DNA of 36,733 nt from an uncultured Prevotellaceae bacterium (GTDB taxonomy: Bacteria > Bacteroidota > Bacteroidia > Bacteroidales > UBA3663), in assembly GCA_964495625.1 (NCBI GenBank), contig CAZBWT010000004.1, positions 1-36,733 on the forward strand. Direction: 5' to 3'. This document shows, in pieces, positions 35,579 through 36,733 of the stretch. Both the position numbers and the translations under genes were made by a program. Position 1 is the stretch's first letter. Every line of letters starts with the position of its first letter. The notes below the pieces were generated by a model. The model saw only the letters and a list, made by a program, of their open reading frames with translations, did no database searches and was not told the DNA's origin.

Positions 35579-36056
35579 TGGATGCACCTTCTTTCGTGAA
35601 CAGCACAGAACAGACACGTGAACTTACCACCTCGCCGCGCGCGCCGATTTCATCACCCACTTCGACTTTTGCCTCGCCGGGCGTTCGGCGGGCAGCTCCA
35701 ATAGCACAATATCTGCATGGCGGGCAATCATAAATAGTGCATATACAATAAGTGTATGTCGCCGGACTGTGGTCGGGTGGCACGCACGGTGTGGTCGGGG
35801 CTCGACATCCGCCCGGAGGCGACCACCCGCAATGTGCCTCCCCCTCGGCTTGACGGCATGGGGCACTGCCCACATGGACCGCCCTCACACCGAGACAAAG
35901 TGGAGCCACCCGGGGGGCATGGGTGGAGGTTGGCGCGCAAACAGAGGCTTCAAGCCGTGGGTGTGAGGCTGATGCGCGACGTTTTGGCACGAGGGGTGAC
36001 ACAATGACCTGCCATAACGGCACGGCACACCTGTCGGTGGCACACCGTGGGCGGTT

Positions 36057-36072
36057 TGGCACGCATGTTGTC
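36057..36072 (+). promoter_or_regulatory. Sigma54-like -24/-12 promoter for hsp20
   Basis: TGGCACG-CATG-TTGT: exact -24 box and correct spacing, with GT in place of GC at -12. Confidence 0.55.
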
Positions 36073-36138
36073 AGTCTCAAAAGCGACGATCGCCGCAGGG
36101 CGGTCAGAACAACAGATAAAAACAACTAATTAAATTAT

Positions 36139-36145
36139 AGGAGGT
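36139..36145 (+). promoter_or_regulatory. Canonical Shine-Dalgarno sequence of hsp20
   Basis: AGGAGGT 7 nt before ATG 36153. Confidence 0.7.
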
Positions 36146-36152
36146 TACAACT

Positions 36153-36644
36153 ATGTTACTACGTTCAAATGATCTATTCCCGATGTTATTTAACGAGGTG
36201 TTTAATAATGTCAACGACGGTTGGAACAAGAACACCGCCCGTGATCCGCAGATCAACATCTTGGAGGGTAACAAAGATTATAAGATTGAGATTTGTGTGC
36301 CCGGTCGCAACAAGGAAGATCTCAGCCTAACCATCGACACCGACAACAACTTGGTCATCGCCATGGAGCGTCACACCGAGGCTCAGAAGGCTGCCGCTGA
36401 CAACCAGCAGGCTGCCGACAATGCCGGAGATACCCCCGCTGTGAAGACCGAGGCGAAGGAGGAGTATCACTTCTTGCGCCACGACTTCCACCGTGCCCAC
36501 TTCAAGGAGGTCATCTCGTTGCCGGATAACATCCATCGCGACCGCATCTCAGCCAAGGTGGACAACGGCATCTTGACCATCGTCCTGCCGAAGGTCATGC
36601 CCGAAGAGCAGGCTAAGTTGGCGCAAACCATCACCATCGAATAA
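36153..36644 (+). CDS. Hsp20 / alpha-crystallin small heat-shock protein
   Basis: P.INI.E....Y.IE..VPG..KED and LPDN.....ISAKVDNGILTIVLPK. Confidence 0.95.
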   Translation: MLLRSNDLFPMLFNEVFNNVNDGWNKNTARDPQINILEGNKDYKIEICVPGRNKEDLSLTIDTDNNLVIAMERHTEAQKAAADNQQAADNAGDTPAVKTEAKEEYHFLRHDFHRAHFKEVISLPDNIHRDRISAKVDNGILTIVLPKVMPEEQAKLAQTITIE

Positions 36645-36669
36645 GTTGTTTCATTGCACACTTATCTTT

Positions 36670-36713
36670 CAGAGCTCTGCAGCACGTTTGTGCTGCAGAG
36701 CTCTGTTCGTTTT
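36670..36713 (+). terminator. Intrinsic terminator after hsp20
   Basis: Perfect 16-bp inverted repeat CAGAGCTCTGCAGCAC-GTTT-GTGCTGCAGAGCTCTG followed by TTCGTTTT. Confidence 0.88.
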
Positions 36714-36733
36714 AACGTGGCGGGGGTGAGGAA

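Noticed and set aside
35826-36013. Cobalamin riboswitch (CCCGCAA...GACCTGCC fragments)
   Set aside because: It lacks the AGGGAA, GCCACTG, GGGAAG and AGYCAG elements, and the downstream gene is unrelated to B12.
35523-36125. 200-aa minus-strand ORF and overlapping ORFs
   Set aside because: Pro/Arg/Cys-rich composition typical of non-coding GC-rich DNA, and it crosses a terminator and a promoter.

Overview
Chromosomal window from a GC-rich Bacteroidales bacterium (Prevotella/Muribaculaceae-like). The assignment rests on TAnnTTTG promoters, genes that mostly lack a Shine-Dalgarno, a T9SS-type C-terminal domain and typical Bacteroidales gene order. Left part: Na/Pi cotransporter divergent from a ThrRS-N-fused nucleoside kinase, a GIN-domain protein, an FGE-fold lipoprotein, a DUF2156-GNAT fusion and DUF805. 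Middle: a membrane TPR-LuxR regulator next to a 1476-aa T9SS-secreted adhesin-like protein, then a nitrogen-assimilation cluster (putative outer-membrane barrel, P-II, AmtB, GSIII). Right part: ftsX-DUF3098-uppP-truB-queA-pmp3-folK-sppA-lpxK-PNP-thiL, a GH78-GH33-like bifunctional glycosidase, DUF3078 and hsp20. I saw no transposase, integrase, RT, CRISPR array, tRNA or rRNA. The best leads are an unannotated sRNA-like unit with its own promoter and terminator, a structured GGCAC-rich region with a sigma54-like promoter and a canonical SD before hsp20, the TPR-LuxR/adhesin module with candidate operators, possible post-transcriptional control of the nitrogen cluster, and an apparent GC-skew polarity switch. 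All family calls come from motif recognition, not database searches.
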